This document shows positions 10,601 through 20,585 of a stretch of 64,000 bases of DNA, in pieces. Both the position numbers and the translations under genes were made by a program. How positions within the stretch are numbered: the stretch's first letter is position 1; each line of letters begins with the position of its first letter. The stretch spans positions 888,143 to 952,142 of the forward strand of contig CALNYX010000017.1 in NCBI GenBank assembly GCA_942490925.1. The letters run 5' to 3'. Under the pieces are notes generated by a model that was not told the origin of the DNA, made no database searches, and saw nothing but the letters and a program-made list of their open reading frames with translations. This DNA comes from an uncultured Chlamydiaceae bacterium (GTDB lineage Bacteria > Chlamydiota > Chlamydiia > Chlamydiales > JAAKFR01).

Positions 10601-13178
10601 AAAAAGCTCGCTTGCATTTGAAACGGTCTATGCCGAAGGACAACGCCGCTACATCGAATCGCTCTCCCCCTATGCGCGTCAGTTTGTCCGTCAAATGCCC
10701 AAGCCAAAAGTGGGACATATCGAAGGACTCTCCCCAGCTGTTGCCATTGAACAGAAGCTCTCTGCTGGAAATCCCCGCAGCACAGTTGGAACGCAAACTG
10801 AGATCTATGACTATTTGCGTCTACTCTTTGCCCAAGCTGGAACGGCCTACTGCCCCGAGACTGGAGAGGTGATCAAACGGATCACACCTGAAGATGTCGT
10901 GACCCATATTTTAGATTTTCCTCAAGGGGAGCGGATCACTCTGCTTGCTCCAATCAGTCTCGAGAAACAAGACTCCTTTGAAGAGCGTATCGCACACTTC
11001 CAAAAGATGGGTTTCTTGCGCATTCGTTTGAATGAAACGCTCTATGAGCTTGATGAAACGATCTCGTTTGATCGGAAACGGAAAAATGAACTCGCCCTTG
11101 TCATCGATCGTCTCAAGGTGGATCCAGATAATCGCTCGCGGCTATTTCAGGCTGTTGAGAGTTGCGCAAAAATGGGCAATGAGAAAATTTTGGTGATGCG
11201 TGGTGATGGGAAAGATCAGCTCTTCAACCTTGCTTTTGCGGTGGAAAAAACAGGAAAATCCTACCGCAAGATCACGCCTCACACGCTCTCTTTCAATAGC
11301 GCTGAGGGAATGTGCCCCGATTGCCAAGGGTTGGGGTATCAATATGGCGCAAATCTCATGCAGAACCAAGCCGTGATGGAACACTCTTTGCGCGGTCTTT
11401 TGCGCACGATTTGGACGCATGATTCCCTTCCATTTTTTGAAACCTTTTTGGGAAAAAAGGGAATCGACTTTGACCTCCCCCTTGAAGAGTTGAGCACTGA
11501 TCAGCTCCAGTTGATTTTCAATGGATCTGATGAGCTGATCACGACAAAAAGAGGTTTTGCCTGCAAATGGCTCGGGATTCAACCGATTTTAGCGCGCGCT
11601 GGAAAAGGAGCTCATCGCGAGATTAGAGCCCCGCTTATTCCCCTGCTTGATGAGATCGAATGTTTCTCTTGTTTGGGCTCCAGGCTCAATCCCCTCGCAC
11701 GTAATGTACGCATTGAAGGACACTCCATCTCCTCTGTTTGTCAACTACCTATTGAAAAAGCTCTCCCTTTCATCGAATCGCTTGAAACTCCCACGCTTCT
11801 CGATGAGGTGATGAAACAACTCAAATCTCGCCTCCGTTTTTTGATAACCGTCGGTCTCAACTATCTCACGCTCGATAGGCGCGCTCCCACCTTGAGTAAT
11901 GGAGAAGCCCAACGGATTCGCCTTGCCAGACAGCTCGGCAGTGAGTTGACAGGCGTTCTCTATGTTCTTGACGAACCAACAATCGGCCTCCATCCACACG
12001 ACAATGAGAAACTCAACGGCGCTCTAAAACAACTCAAAGCCCTTGGCAATACCTTGCTCATGGTTGAGCATGATCCGCTCACACTTGCCATCGCCGATCA
12101 CCTGATCGATTTTGGCCCAGGCGCCGGCATCCTTGGAGGACACATCACGGCGCAAGGCACCTATGAGGAGATTTGCAACAATCCCAACTCTCTGACTGGC
12201 GACTATTTATCAGGCAGAAAAACCATTGATATTCCACAAACAAGACGCAGTCCAAAGGGGTATTTTAGCATTGAAAATGCCTGCAAACACAACTTGAAGA
12301 ATCTAACTCTTGAGTTTCCCATAGGCGTGATGAGCTGTTTAACAGGCATTTCAGGTTCTGGAAAATCAACCTTGATGCACGCTGTGATCAAACCGATGAT
12401 CACTCCCCTTGTGGCAAAAAAAGAGCCTTTCAACAAGCTCATTGTGATCGACCAAAATCCGATTGGTCAAACTGTGCGTGCAGACGTGGGAACCTACAGT
12501 GATGTGCTTCCTGTCTTTCGTCAGTTTTTCTCTCAACTAGGAGCTGCACGCACCAAAGGATTGCAACCAAGACACTTCAGCTACAATCACAAAAAAGGGA
12601 TGTGTACCAACTGTTGGGGACTAGGCTATAAAAAGGTCGAAATGCTCTTTCTTCCTCCCGTGAAAGTGACGTGTGATCAGTGTGAGGGAATGCGCCTTAA
12701 TCCTGTCAGTCTCACCGTTGACTATCAAGGGATGCACTTTGGCAACTTGTTACAATTGACCATCGAAGAGGCGCGTGCTCAGTTTGAGCTCTTGCCAAAA
12801 GCCCAGCGCATTTTAGATACACTCATCTCAGTTGGACTCGGCTATTTAAAATTAGGCCAAGAGATCGCATCTCTATCTGGAGGAGAAGCGCAACGGATCA
12901 AACTCTCTCGAGAGCTTGCGAAGCGTGGCACAGGCAAAACACTCTATCTACTTGATGAGCCAACAACAGGGCTCCATGCAGATGATGTGAAGAAGCTTCT
13001 CGCTCTACTCCAACGTCTTGTAGAAAAGGGCAACACCTGTATTGTGATCGAACACAACGTTGATGTGATTCGCACAGCCGATCATGTCATCGACCTTTCA
13101 GATGGTGCCATTGTAGCTCAGGGGACACCTGAGGAGATCAAAAAGGTGCCACACTCTTTGACAGGAAACTATCTTTGA
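7644..13178 (+). CDS. uvrA: excinuclease ABC subunit A, tandem-duplicated (two complete UvrA modules in one ORF)
   Basis: There are two full sets of UvrA hallmarks: 4 Walker A loops ([36 protein letters not shown]), 4 [16 protein letters not shown] signatures and CxxC zinc modules in each half. The second module restarts at [14 protein letters not shown] near nt 10500. Confidence 0.95.
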   Translation: MIVLKKVSVHNLKKVNLTLKPGELILFTGVSGSGKSSMAFDTIFVEGQRRYIESLSSFARRYIGDMSKPDVEFVGGLSPTIAIEQKSAGKNPRSTVGTLTEIYDFLRVLYARVGTPYCPETDEPVTTQSKERIIKKVQKLPEGGRLVFLAPYAKDKKGEFKEDFAFLLKKGLMRARVDGNFVDLSEEISLDKSLTHTIDVVIDRLKVSSENQTRLAEATLHALEIGKGMFSIYDMETKEEVLYSTHAYSKKAGVYYSSLEPHDFSFNSPSGMCPTCLGLGETKTFDLNLILDPEKSISEDCCLIGGNFNTVRYSNIYRNLSELYNFDLDTPWKDLSKRAQNIFLYGVKKKWLQMHFVHPTRPVSWTDYVAWRGVVHEAQKRYSEAKSDLYRKKMEQLMHHERCPDCLGARLKAYPAATRLGSKKIHELTALTIEELTTFFDTLKLDATEQVIAEELLLEIHKRLRFLKEVGLHYLSLDRTAPTLSGGEAQRVRLASQIGSGLVGVTYVLDEPSIGLHPRDNQKLITSLKRLRDVGNTVIVVEHDEETIRAADRIVDFGPGPGTKGGKILVNGTQEELLAHRESLTADYLTGRKRIEIPKERREPEGFLTLVGATHHNLRNCTAKIPLGVMVAVTGVSGSGKSSLIIETLYPALANHLHNAEHVVGNYETLEGLEQIDKVIAIDQSSIGKNPRSNPSTYIKIFDEIRSLFCRLPESQARGYQPGRFSFNVREGSCPRCEGMGMVRVDMDFLEDQWVVCPNCQNKRFDPETLSIYYKGKNIHDVLEMTVAEALAFFANIPALKRKLVLLEKVGMDYMTLGQASTTLSGGEAQRIKLAKQLVRPPSGNTLYILDEPTTGLHFHDIQALLKVLNELVARGNTVLVIEHNMDVVKTADWVIDIGPEAGAAGGAVVAAGTPEVVAKQSSPTGIAIAEALHPQLHETPTPIHVETSPYHEIQISGAAQNNLKHLELQIPRGAITVCSGPSGSGKSSLAFETVYAEGQRRYIESLSPYARQFVRQMPKPKVGHIEGLSPAVAIEQKLSAGNPRSTVGTQTEIYDYLRLLFAQAGTAYCPETGEVIKRITPEDVVTHILDFPQGERITLLAPISLEKQDSFEERIAHFQKMGFLRIRLNETLYELDETISFDRKRKNELALVIDRLKVDPDNRSRLFQAVESCAKMGNEKILVMRGDGKDQLFNLAFAVEKTGKSYRKITPHTLSFNSAEGMCPDCQGLGYQYGANLMQNQAVMEHSLRGLLRTIWTHDSLPFFETFLGKKGIDFDLPLEELSTDQLQLIFNGSDELITTKRGFACKWLGIQPILARAGKGAHREIRAPLIPLLDEIECFSCLGSRLNPLARNVRIEGHSISSVCQLPIEKALPFIESLETPTLLDEVMKQLKSRLRFLITVGLNYLTLDRRAPTLSNGEAQRIRLARQLGSELTGVLYVLDEPTIGLHPHDNEKLNGALKQLKALGNTLLMVEHDPLTLAIADHLIDFGPGAGILGGHITAQGTYEEICNNPNSLTGDYLSGRKTIDIPQTRRSPKGYFSIENACKHNLKNLTLEFPIGVMSCLTGISGSGKSTLMHAVIKPMITPLVAKKEPFNKLIVIDQNPIGQTVRADVGTYSDVLPVFRQFFSQLGAARTKGLQPRHFSYNHKKGMCTNCWGLGYKKVEMLFLPPVKVTCDQCEGMRLNPVSLTVDYQGMHFGNLLQLTIEEARAQFELLPKAQRILDTLISVGLGYLKLGQEIASLSGGEAQRIKLSRELAKRGTGKTLYLLDEPTTGLHADDVKKLLALLQRLVEKGNTCIVIEHNVDVIRTADHVIDLSDGAIVAQGTPEEIKKVPHSLTGNYL

Positions 13179-13193
13179 GCTACGTTTTGCTCA

Positions 13194-13550
13194 ATGAATA
13201 TTATACATGTGGCACGGATCTATCCAAAAGGTCGGCCTAAGTATCTCTTCTTAAAAAAAGAAGACTCAAAGTATTGCTGGGAAAAGACTGACTGCGAAGG
13301 AACTACGTCTGTCCAAGCGATTCGAAATGCCGAGAAGAGGTGGAAAGATGAGTTTTTTCAACTCGTCCATTGCGGATTTCGCTATTCACTCCCTACAAGA
13401 GATGAAGTTGGTGTGAACGCCAATTTCATGCAGATGGCCCAAAGCTATAGCGCTTCAAACGGACGCTACTTTGATCAAGATGCAGGCCATCTCTGTTTTG
13501 TCGATCTCGCATCCAAAGAGGCATTAGAGATTTGGAAAAAAATCCGCTGA
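13194..13550 (+). CDS. hypothetical protein (118 aa)
   Basis: ORF lies 15 nt after the uvrA stop and overlaps the pknD start by 19 nt. I recognised no family and saw no obvious SD. Confidence 0.45.
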   Translation: MNIIHVARIYPKGRPKYLFLKKEDSKYCWEKTDCEGTTSVQAIRNAEKRWKDEFFQLVHCGFRYSLPTRDEVGVNANFMQMAQSYSASNGRYFDQDAGHLCFVDLASKEALEIWKKIR

Positions 13551-16246
13551 CAACGATCGAGCACTACCAAGTGCGTAGCACTATTGGTAAAGGGGGTATG
13601 GGAGAGGTTTTGCTTGCCTACGATCCTCTTTGCGAGCGTGAGGTTGCTATCAAGCGCATTCGGCCTGATCTTACGGGCCATCAGGCGCTTGTTAAACGCT
13701 TTCATCGAGAAGCTAAAATCAGCGCAAGTCTTACCCACCCTGGCATTATCTCAGTCTACTCCATTGGCAAAGATTACTACGTCATGCCCTACGTTGCTGG
13801 CAAAACATTCAAACAAAACATCTACCAAGATCAACTCTCAATTGCTTCGCTGTTGCCAATCTTTCGCACCGTCTGTCAAACCATTGCCTATACCCATTCG
13901 AAAGGGATTTTGCACCGCGATCTCAAACCTGAGAATATTTTGGTCGGAACCTTTGGAGAGGTGATTGTCCTCGACTGGGGTCTTGCAGTTGCAATTGGCT
14001 CTGATGAAGAGGGTGTTGAAGAGATTGAGGTCGATGCTGAGATCACTAACCCTGGAAAACTCGTTGGGACAGTCGCTTATATGGCTCCGGAGCGCGCCAA
14101 AGGTGAAAAAGCTAACATTCAAACGGATGTCTATGCTCTAGGTGTCATCCTCTACCAAATCCTAACACTGCGCCTCCCCTTTGAACGCCCTCCTCTCAAA
14201 GAGTTTGTGAAGCAACTCAAACCTCGCTACATTGAAGCAACTGATCCTGAAGAAATTGCGCCCTATCGCGATGTACCCCCTCAACTCTCCCGCATCGTCA
14301 AAAAAAGCTTAGAGCCAGATCCAAAAAACCGCTACAACACTGTTGATGAACTGCTCGTTGATTTAATGGACTACCTTGAGGGACGCTCCCAATGGTTGAA
14401 AACAGCCGCTTTGAAAACTGAAGAAAAAAAACATTGGCAGTTCCAAGAACATGTTTTGATCACCAAGCACCTTGCTCTCACCGGAAGCGCAGAGGCCACA
14501 GAGTGGGTCAATGTTATGCTCTCGCGCGCCGCTTTTTCTGAAAACATTCGCTTGGAAACCCGCATTTATCTCGATGAAGGAGGCGCAGGCCTTGGCTTTC
14601 TCATCAACGTCCCTGAAGCTGCTGAGCGGAGCGATCCCTTTGATGGTTACTGCCTCTGGCTTGGAAGTGAAGAGAGTGGCGCCTCAGTTTTGTTTCGCAA
14701 CACCGTCGAAGTGCTTTCCCTTCCCGATCTCTATGTAAAAAAGGGGCAGTGGCACACCATTGTCCTTGAAAAACTCGACAATAAAATCACCCTCCTTCGC
14801 AATGGTAAAGAGGTCTTTAGCTACATCAGCTACCTTCCCCTCTCAGGTACACATGTCGGCCTACTTTCCTGCGATGCCAACTTCAAAATTGACGACCTTG
14901 TCATCAAAGTTGGCAGCCAAAACCTGACCGTCAGCTGCCTAGCAATTGCCGACGCCTTTTTAGCCCACAAAGATTTCAAAACTGCTTTTGCCCAATACCA
15001 AAGAATTGCAGAATCTTTCTCAGGCTATACTGAAGGGCGTGAAGCACGCTTCCGCGCAGGCATCACACTCCTAGAACAGGCCTCTGTTGAAAAAAATGAG
15101 CACTACTTCCAACTTGCCCTTGAAGAATTTTCTCGCCTGCATAGTACACCAGGAGCACCTCTAGAATATCTTGGCAAAGCCCTTGTCTACCAAGCACTCA
15201 AAGATCACCTCGAAGAGATCAAATCCCTAGAGCTTGGCCTGCGCCGCTACTACAAACATCCACTTGTTGCCCCGCTGCGCGAACAAATCGCTTACCGCAT
15301 GCATGAAGCGGCGCAAACAGATCGCCGTTCAGCCTACCATCTCATGCTCATAGCCTTGCGACTTTTGCCTGAGGTTGTCAAAAAAGAAGATTCGAAACGT
15401 CTATTTTCTCACCTCATCAAACATTGGGAGCCGCTTCCCTTTCTCGAAAGCCTTCTCGATCCCACCTTTGCCGATGGAAAACCCGCAGCGTCACGCTTTG
15501 CAATTCCTCTTGCCTTTTGGCTTGCTGCGCCCTACACCCTCTTAGAAATCTTCCAAGAGGTGCAAGAAGATACAACTGCTGCTCAAGATATTCTCTACTC
15601 ACTCTTTGAACTTGGATCCTATGGACTGGCACAAAAACTGATGGGAACCTTCAAAGCTGAACAACTTCAACCCCTAGCCCTCTGCCACAGCGTCTCGCTA
15701 GAAGAGGCTTGCAACAACCTCAACCCCAAACATTTTCGCATCTACAGCTACCTCATGCGCTTTGCCTTGCGCAATGACCAAGAAGAGTACGTGCACCAGC
15801 TTGCCAAAGAGTTAGAGGAGACTCCCCTCTCGAGCCAAGACCGCATCCTATGTGATGCCTACCGCATTTGGGCCTACTTGAAACAAGAAGATGCCAGCAG
15901 TGCAGGAGCAATTTTCGATACCTACCCCCTTGAGCTGCTCAACCAAGAGACAACACTGCTCCACCCACTTTTTGGCTGCTACCTCCACCTTACCGAAGGA
16001 GAAGAGATTGCCAATATCCACTTTGCAGGAGTGATTGAAACCCCATTTCCACGTTCGTGGGCACTGCTCAGCCACGAACTCACCAATCAAGTGACCCAGA
16101 CACCGGGCTGGTATAGCACCTCCTTTATGTGGGAGCGACGCCACCTCTACCGCCTCCTCACCCTCTACTACACCATTAGTGAAAATCCAGAACTCGAAGC
16201 CTACTACCGTGGGCTCGAGAGAGAAGAGTACATCTATGCTGAATAA
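13532..16246 (+). CDS. pknD: Ser/Thr protein kinase with large C-terminal non-kinase region (PknD-like)
   Basis: Hanks kinase motifs GKGGMGEV, AIK, HRDLKPENIL, DWGLA and GTVAYMAPE. The C-terminus has a beta-rich lectin-like segment followed by helical repeats. From memory, the gene is close to valS as in Chlamydia (here a Nudix gene and a small minus-strand ORF intervene). Confidence 0.9.
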   Translation: MEKNPLTTIEHYQVRSTIGKGGMGEVLLAYDPLCEREVAIKRIRPDLTGHQALVKRFHREAKISASLTHPGIISVYSIGKDYYVMPYVAGKTFKQNIYQDQLSIASLLPIFRTVCQTIAYTHSKGILHRDLKPENILVGTFGEVIVLDWGLAVAIGSDEEGVEEIEVDAEITNPGKLVGTVAYMAPERAKGEKANIQTDVYALGVILYQILTLRLPFERPPLKEFVKQLKPRYIEATDPEEIAPYRDVPPQLSRIVKKSLEPDPKNRYNTVDELLVDLMDYLEGRSQWLKTAALKTEEKKHWQFQEHVLITKHLALTGSAEATEWVNVMLSRAAFSENIRLETRIYLDEGGAGLGFLINVPEAAERSDPFDGYCLWLGSEESGASVLFRNTVEVLSLPDLYVKKGQWHTIVLEKLDNKITLLRNGKEVFSYISYLPLSGTHVGLLSCDANFKIDDLVIKVGSQNLTVSCLAIADAFLAHKDFKTAFAQYQRIAESFSGYTEGREARFRAGITLLEQASVEKNEHYFQLALEEFSRLHSTPGAPLEYLGKALVYQALKDHLEEIKSLELGLRRYYKHPLVAPLREQIAYRMHEAAQTDRRSAYHLMLIALRLLPEVVKKEDSKRLFSHLIKHWEPLPFLESLLDPTFADGKPAASRFAIPLAFWLAAPYTLLEIFQEVQEDTTAAQDILYSLFELGSYGLAQKLMGTFKAEQLQPLALCHSVSLEEACNNLNPKHFRIYSYLMRFALRNDQEEYVHQLAKELEETPLSSQDRILCDAYRIWAYLKQEDASSAGAIFDTYPLELLNQETTLLHPLFGCYLHLTEGEEIANIHFAGVIETPFPRSWALLSHELTNQVTQTPGWYSTSFMWERRHLYRLLTLYYTISENPELEAYYRGLEREEYIYAE

Positions 16247-16769
16247 TCTCCCTGTTGTCCAAGATACAGAAACCATTCACACAGGCTTTTTCAATATCCG
16301 CTGTGATCGTCTACGTATCCGCGGCAAGGATGAGTATGACTACTTCACCCTTGTGGCACGTCCCTTTGCAGTCATGGTGCTTGCCACTACACCTGAGGGG
16401 AAATACGTCATCAACCGTGAATATCGCCATCCAGTTAATCAGATCCTTCTTAGTTGTCCTGGAGGCGTCTTAGATGATGGTGAAGCGCCCCTTGATTGCG
16501 CTGCAAGAGAACTTGCTGAAGAGACTGGTTATAGCGCTGAGCATTTTGAAATTCTTGGAGAGACATTTCCTTTTCCAGGTGTCACCAATCAAAAGAGCAT
16601 CTTTGTACGCGCGACAAATGCCAAGAAAACAGGAGAAACCTCCCTTGAATATACTGAGTTTATCGAAACAGATCTCTATACCAAAGAGGAAATCTGGAAG
16701 AAGATCCATGCTGGAGAGCCAACTGATGGCATCTTATGCACCGCCCTTTTCCTCGATCAAGCTAAATAA
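16236..16769 (+). CDS. NUDIX hydrolase (ADP-ribose pyrophosphatase-like)
   Basis: Nudix box GGVLDDGEAPLDCAARELAEETGY. I place the start at ATG 16236 (MLNNLPVV...), which overlaps the pknD stop by 11 nt. The track ORF extends to 16179, inside pknD. Confidence 0.85.
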   Translation: MLNNLPVVQDTETIHTGFFNIRCDRLRIRGKDEYDYFTLVARPFAVMVLATTPEGKYVINREYRHPVNQILLSCPGGVLDDGEAPLDCAARELAEETGYSAEHFEILGETFPFPGVTNQKSIFVRATNAKKTGETSLEYTEFIETDLYTKEEIWKKIHAGEPTDGILCTALFLDQAK

Positions 16770-17134
16770 GTCTCGTCGAGATTCGTCCATTTAAACAGCA
16801 AAGCAATCCCCATGAAGAGTGATGCAACAACAAGAGTAATACGATCCCACTCCACCTTCTGACGATCTTGCGCAATAATACGCACCCCTTCAAGAGCTGC
16901 TCTCGAAACTAGAGGCGCGTACAAAAAAGCAAAAGTTATGTACATCAAACGATTCTCCTGGGAGCAAAAGGCCGCCAAAGGGATCCATATAAATTGGTTT
17001 ACACCGTAAGCAAGACGGATCCCAAATCTATGCTCTCTCCAGTAAGGGAGCGCACTCCGCCGTATTTCGATTCGATTACGGCAATTCCTTTTCAAGAGTT
17101 TCTTTATGATATGCCTCAAATTTTGAAAGGACAT
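16757..17134 (-). CDS. hypothetical small membrane protein
   Basis: 125-aa ORF with 2-3 hydrophobic segments (IWIPLAAF, MYITFAFLYAPLV, LVVASLFMGIALLF). No family recognised. Its 3' end overlaps the Nudix 3' end by 13 nt. Confidence 0.4.
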   Translation of the reverse strand: MSFQNLRHIIKKLLKRNCRNRIEIRRSALPYWREHRFGIRLAYGVNQFIWIPLAAFCSQENRLMYITFAFLYAPLVSRAALEGVRIIAQDRQKVEWDRITLVVASLFMGIALLFKWTNLDETYLA

Positions 17135-17166
17135 TAATCTCTTCTTGAGCTATCCTTTCCTCCTCT

Positions 17167-20100
17167 ATGGAAGAACTACCCAAAGCTTACGATCCTAAGC
17201 TCACCGATGTCAAATGGTCCCAATTTTGGGAAGAGAATGGCTTTTTTAAAGTCGACCCCACATCTGACAAACCAGCCTACTCAATTGTCATTCCCCCTCC
17301 TAATGTCACAGGTGTGCTCCATATGGGACACGCTCTTGTCAACACCCTTCAAGACATTCTGATCCGCTGGAAAAGGATGAGTGGCTACGAAGCATTGTGG
17401 ATGCCAGGAACCGACCATGCCGGCATTGCCACACAGACTGTTGTTGAACGTCATCTGATGCAGAGTGAAGGAAAAAGACGGAGCGACTACGATCGAGAGG
17501 TTTTTCTCAAACATATCTGGGATTGGAAAGAGAAGAGCGAAACAACGATCCTCAAACAGCTCAAAAGTCTCGGTTGCTCATGTGATTGGTCAAGACTCCG
17601 TTTTACCCTGGATGATGGCTGCAGCCTAGCTGTTCGCACCATGTTCAAAAAACTTTTTGATGAAGGGCTGATCTACCGTGGCGACTACCTTGTCAACTGG
17701 GATCCAGTCACTCAAACAGCCCTTGCTGATGATGAAGTCGAATACGAAGAGCGTGAGAGTTATCTCTGGTATTTCAAATACCATCTCGTCGATGGCTCTG
17801 GCTATGTGCATATTGCCACGACACGCCCAGAAACCCTTCTTGGTGATACAGCCATCGCCGTCTCCCCCAAAGATGAGCGTTACAAGCATTTGATCAACAA
17901 AAAAGTGCGCGTTCCATTTGTCGATCGCGAAATTCCCATCATTGCTGACCCCTACGTCGACCCTGAGTTTGGAACAGGCATGGTCAAGATCACTCCTGCC
18001 CACGATCCAAATGACTACAAGATTGGTCTCAATCACAATCTGCCCATGATCAATGTGATGACAACTGATGGGCGCATGAATGAGAATGCTGGCCCCTTCC
18101 ATGAAATGAGCCGTGAAGAGGCAAGGGAAGCTGTTGTTCACCAGATGAAAGAGCTTGGGCTGCTTGATAAAACAGAGCGCTACAGCTTGCGCGTTGGGAT
18201 CTCCTACCGCTCTAAAGCAATTATTGAACCCCTTCTCTCTAAGCAGTGGTTTGTCAAGATGGAGTCGTTCAAAGAGAAGCTTAGAGCAGCTGTCAATGAT
18301 GAGCGGGTCAAGATTCTGCCACCCTCTTGGAAACAGACCTATTTCCACTGGATCGATAACCTGCGTGACTGGTGCATCAGTCGACAACTTTGGTGGGGAC
18401 ATCGCATCCCCGTTTGGTACAACAAAGAAGATCCAACGCAGATGCGTTGCTCCACAGAAGAGATCGATGATGAAATGTGGGAGCAAGATCCTGACGTACT
18501 CGACACCTGGTTCTCTTCAGCCCTATGGCCCTTTAGCACCATGGGCTGGCCCAACAAAACTCCTGAGCTTAAAAAGTTCTATCCCAACAGCGTGCTTGTC
18601 ACTGGACATGACATCCTCTTTTTCTGGGTAGCACGCATGATTGCAATGGGAGAGCACGCGCTTGACAAAGTTCCTTTCCCTGAAACTTTCCTCCATGGCC
18701 TCATCTATGGCCGCTCCTACTGGAGAAATAATAGCGATGGAAGTATCACCTACGTCGCTGGCGAGGAGAAAAAGCAATATGATCTTGGCAAACAACCTCC
18801 AAAAGAGGTGCACTCCAAGTGGGAAAAACTCTCCAAGTCAAAAGGCAATGTCATTGATCCTCTCGAGCTCATCGACGAGTATGGCACCGATGCTGTGCGC
18901 ATGTCCCTCTGCGCCTGTGCCAACCAGTCTCCACAAATCGACCTCGATCGCAGACGGTTTGACGAATTTAAAAACTTCGCTAACAAAGTGTGGAATGGTG
19001 CCCGTTTTGTCTTCATGAACCTCTCTGACCTGACAGACAGCGAGCTCGACCAAAACTTTGAGCTTGCACTTGAAGACAAATGGATCCTCTCTGCAATGGG
19101 ACGCGTCAATCGGCAAGTCAATGAGAGCCTCTCCAACTACCACTTTGATCAAGCTGCTCAACTCTCCTACGACTTTTTCTGGAAAGAGTTTTGCGCCTAC
19201 TACGTTGAATTTTCTAAACCGATCCTCTTTGGTGACGACAAAACAGCTCGCAAAAACAAACAGAAAATCCTTGCTACTGTGCTGAGCAATAGCATCCGTC
19301 TTCTACACCCGATGGCACCCTTTATCACAGAAGAGCTCTACCAACTGCTTAAAAAGCAGTTTCCCTCTCTTCTTCCTGAGCCAGCTTGCATTGTTGCCCC
19401 CTACCCACAAGCATTGCCAGAGGATGAAGCAATCCATGAGCAGTTTGCGCACATTGAGAAAGTGATCTACACCATCCGAAACATCCGCGGCGAGATGAAA
19501 ATTCCTCCACATATCGCTACAGATGTCTATCTCATTGGCAATTTCCCGCAAGAGCAGACCAGACTCATCGGCGCACTTGTCAAGACAACCCAAATCATTT
19601 GCACCGACAAAGCTCCAGAGTTTCCGCTCAGTGCAACAGGCGTTGTCGGAGAGCTTACCATTCTCATTCCACTCCCTCAGGAACTTGCTGATAAAGAGAA
19701 GCAGCGGCTTGAGAAAGAACGCGAGAAGCTTGAAAATAGCCTCGCTCGCCTCAAACAGTTGCTCGACAACCAGGACTTTCTTGCCAAGGCAGCTCCTGAG
19801 TTGATTGAGAAGAAAAAAAGCGAGCTGAGCTCCACTCAAAATGAACTCAACAGCTTGAATGCTAAATTAGTTGTGAATAAATACACCTTCAAACCCTACA
19901 ACGCTCAATACCCCCACTTGTTTGCTGTAGAAAAATCTCGTCTTACTGAACATATCCAAGCCGACATTCAACATGTTGGCAGCACAGCAGTTCCGAACCT
20001 AGGCGGAAAAGGAATTATTGATATTGCCATAGCAACCGAGAGTATTGAAGAAACCTCAAAGCAACTAGAGATGTTGGGATATGAATTTCATAAAAATGGG

Positions 20101-20343
20101 AGTACAGCTGAGCGGTTATTTTTCCGCAAAGGACACGAGTATCACATCCATTTGATGCACCCTAACAGTCAAGAGTTAAAAGATCTGATTATTTTCAGAG
20201 ATTTGCTCAAAGCAGATCTAGAAGTTATGCAGCAATATGCTGAGATCAAAAAACGCGCAAATGGGAATAAAACGCTCTATCGAGAACTTAAAAAGCAGTT
20301 GATTGAGCCTACCCTTTCCTTCTGGAGAAGGAAAGCACCATGA
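17167..20343 (+). CDS. valS: valine--tRNA ligase fused in frame to a C-terminal GrpB-family domain
   Basis: Class I HIGH (HMGHA) and KMSKS-like (KLSKSKGN) motifs, a ValRS editing/CP1 region and a C-terminal coiled coil ending ...LNSLNAKL. About 158 aa of GrpB-like sequence follow with no stop (HVGSTAVPNLGGKGIIDIAI, HIHLM, FRDLLKAD). Confidence 0.9.
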   Translation: MEELPKAYDPKLTDVKWSQFWEENGFFKVDPTSDKPAYSIVIPPPNVTGVLHMGHALVNTLQDILIRWKRMSGYEALWMPGTDHAGIATQTVVERHLMQSEGKRRSDYDREVFLKHIWDWKEKSETTILKQLKSLGCSCDWSRLRFTLDDGCSLAVRTMFKKLFDEGLIYRGDYLVNWDPVTQTALADDEVEYEERESYLWYFKYHLVDGSGYVHIATTRPETLLGDTAIAVSPKDERYKHLINKKVRVPFVDREIPIIADPYVDPEFGTGMVKITPAHDPNDYKIGLNHNLPMINVMTTDGRMNENAGPFHEMSREEAREAVVHQMKELGLLDKTERYSLRVGISYRSKAIIEPLLSKQWFVKMESFKEKLRAAVNDERVKILPPSWKQTYFHWIDNLRDWCISRQLWWGHRIPVWYNKEDPTQMRCSTEEIDDEMWEQDPDVLDTWFSSALWPFSTMGWPNKTPELKKFYPNSVLVTGHDILFFWVARMIAMGEHALDKVPFPETFLHGLIYGRSYWRNNSDGSITYVAGEEKKQYDLGKQPPKEVHSKWEKLSKSKGNVIDPLELIDEYGTDAVRMSLCACANQSPQIDLDRRRFDEFKNFANKVWNGARFVFMNLSDLTDSELDQNFELALEDKWILSAMGRVNRQVNESLSNYHFDQAAQLSYDFFWKEFCAYYVEFSKPILFGDDKTARKNKQKILATVLSNSIRLLHPMAPFITEELYQLLKKQFPSLLPEPACIVAPYPQALPEDEAIHEQFAHIEKVIYTIRNIRGEMKIPPHIATDVYLIGNFPQEQTRLIGALVKTTQIICTDKAPEFPLSATGVVGELTILIPLPQELADKEKQRLEKEREKLENSLARLKQLLDNQDFLAKAAPELIEKKKSELSSTQNELNSLNAKLVVNKYTFKPYNAQYPHLFAVEKSRLTEHIQADIQHVGSTAVPNLGGKGIIDIAIATESIEETSKQLEMLGYEFHKNGSTAERLFFRKGHEYHIHLMHPNSQELKDLIIFRDLLKADLEVMQQYAEIKKRANGNKTLYRELKKQLIEPTLSFWRRKAP

Positions 20344-20585
20344 AATACATTCTTCTCATACTTGCCAGTTCCATCTGTATTGTTGGCTACGCCCTCTACT
20401 ACTACGGATTTTCTGCCAAGCGTGGCCAACCAATTCTCTACCTTGAAGACCTCTATGTAAAACCCAACTATCGTGGAGAGGGAATTGGCTGGCACGTCTT
20501 TGACTGGAATGAGAAAGCGAAAGCCTTTTATAAAAGCTTAGGAGCCTATATGAGAGAAGACTTAATACAAGTGAGGTGGGAGTGA
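20340..20585 (+). pseudogene. GNAT N-acetyltransferase remnant (N-terminally truncated, internal deletion)
   Basis: It retains only IVGYALYYYGFS..RGQPILYLEDLYVKPNYRGEGIG (beta4 and the acetyl-CoA loop), joined directly to W.VFDWNEKAKAFYKSLGA (the C-terminal motif). About 60 N-terminal and about 20-25 internal residues of a normal GNAT are missing. Confidence 0.55.

Noticed and set aside
16179-16235. 19-codon upstream extension of the Nudix ORF, reaching into pknD.
   Set aside because: The extension lies wholly within the pknD coding sequence and has no family-like sequence. ATG 16236 gives a normal Nudix N-terminus.
17626-18486. 286-aa ORF antisense to valS. Similar long antisense or alternative-frame ORFs occur at 46619-47191 (rpoB), 5344-5769 (rsmE), 8604-9062 and 11142-11582 (uvrA), and 19303-19839 (valS).
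   Set aside because: Each lies entirely inside a strongly supported conserved gene on the other strand. Their translations are low-complexity or compositionally odd and have no recognisable motifs. Such shadow ORFs are expected opposite long genes.
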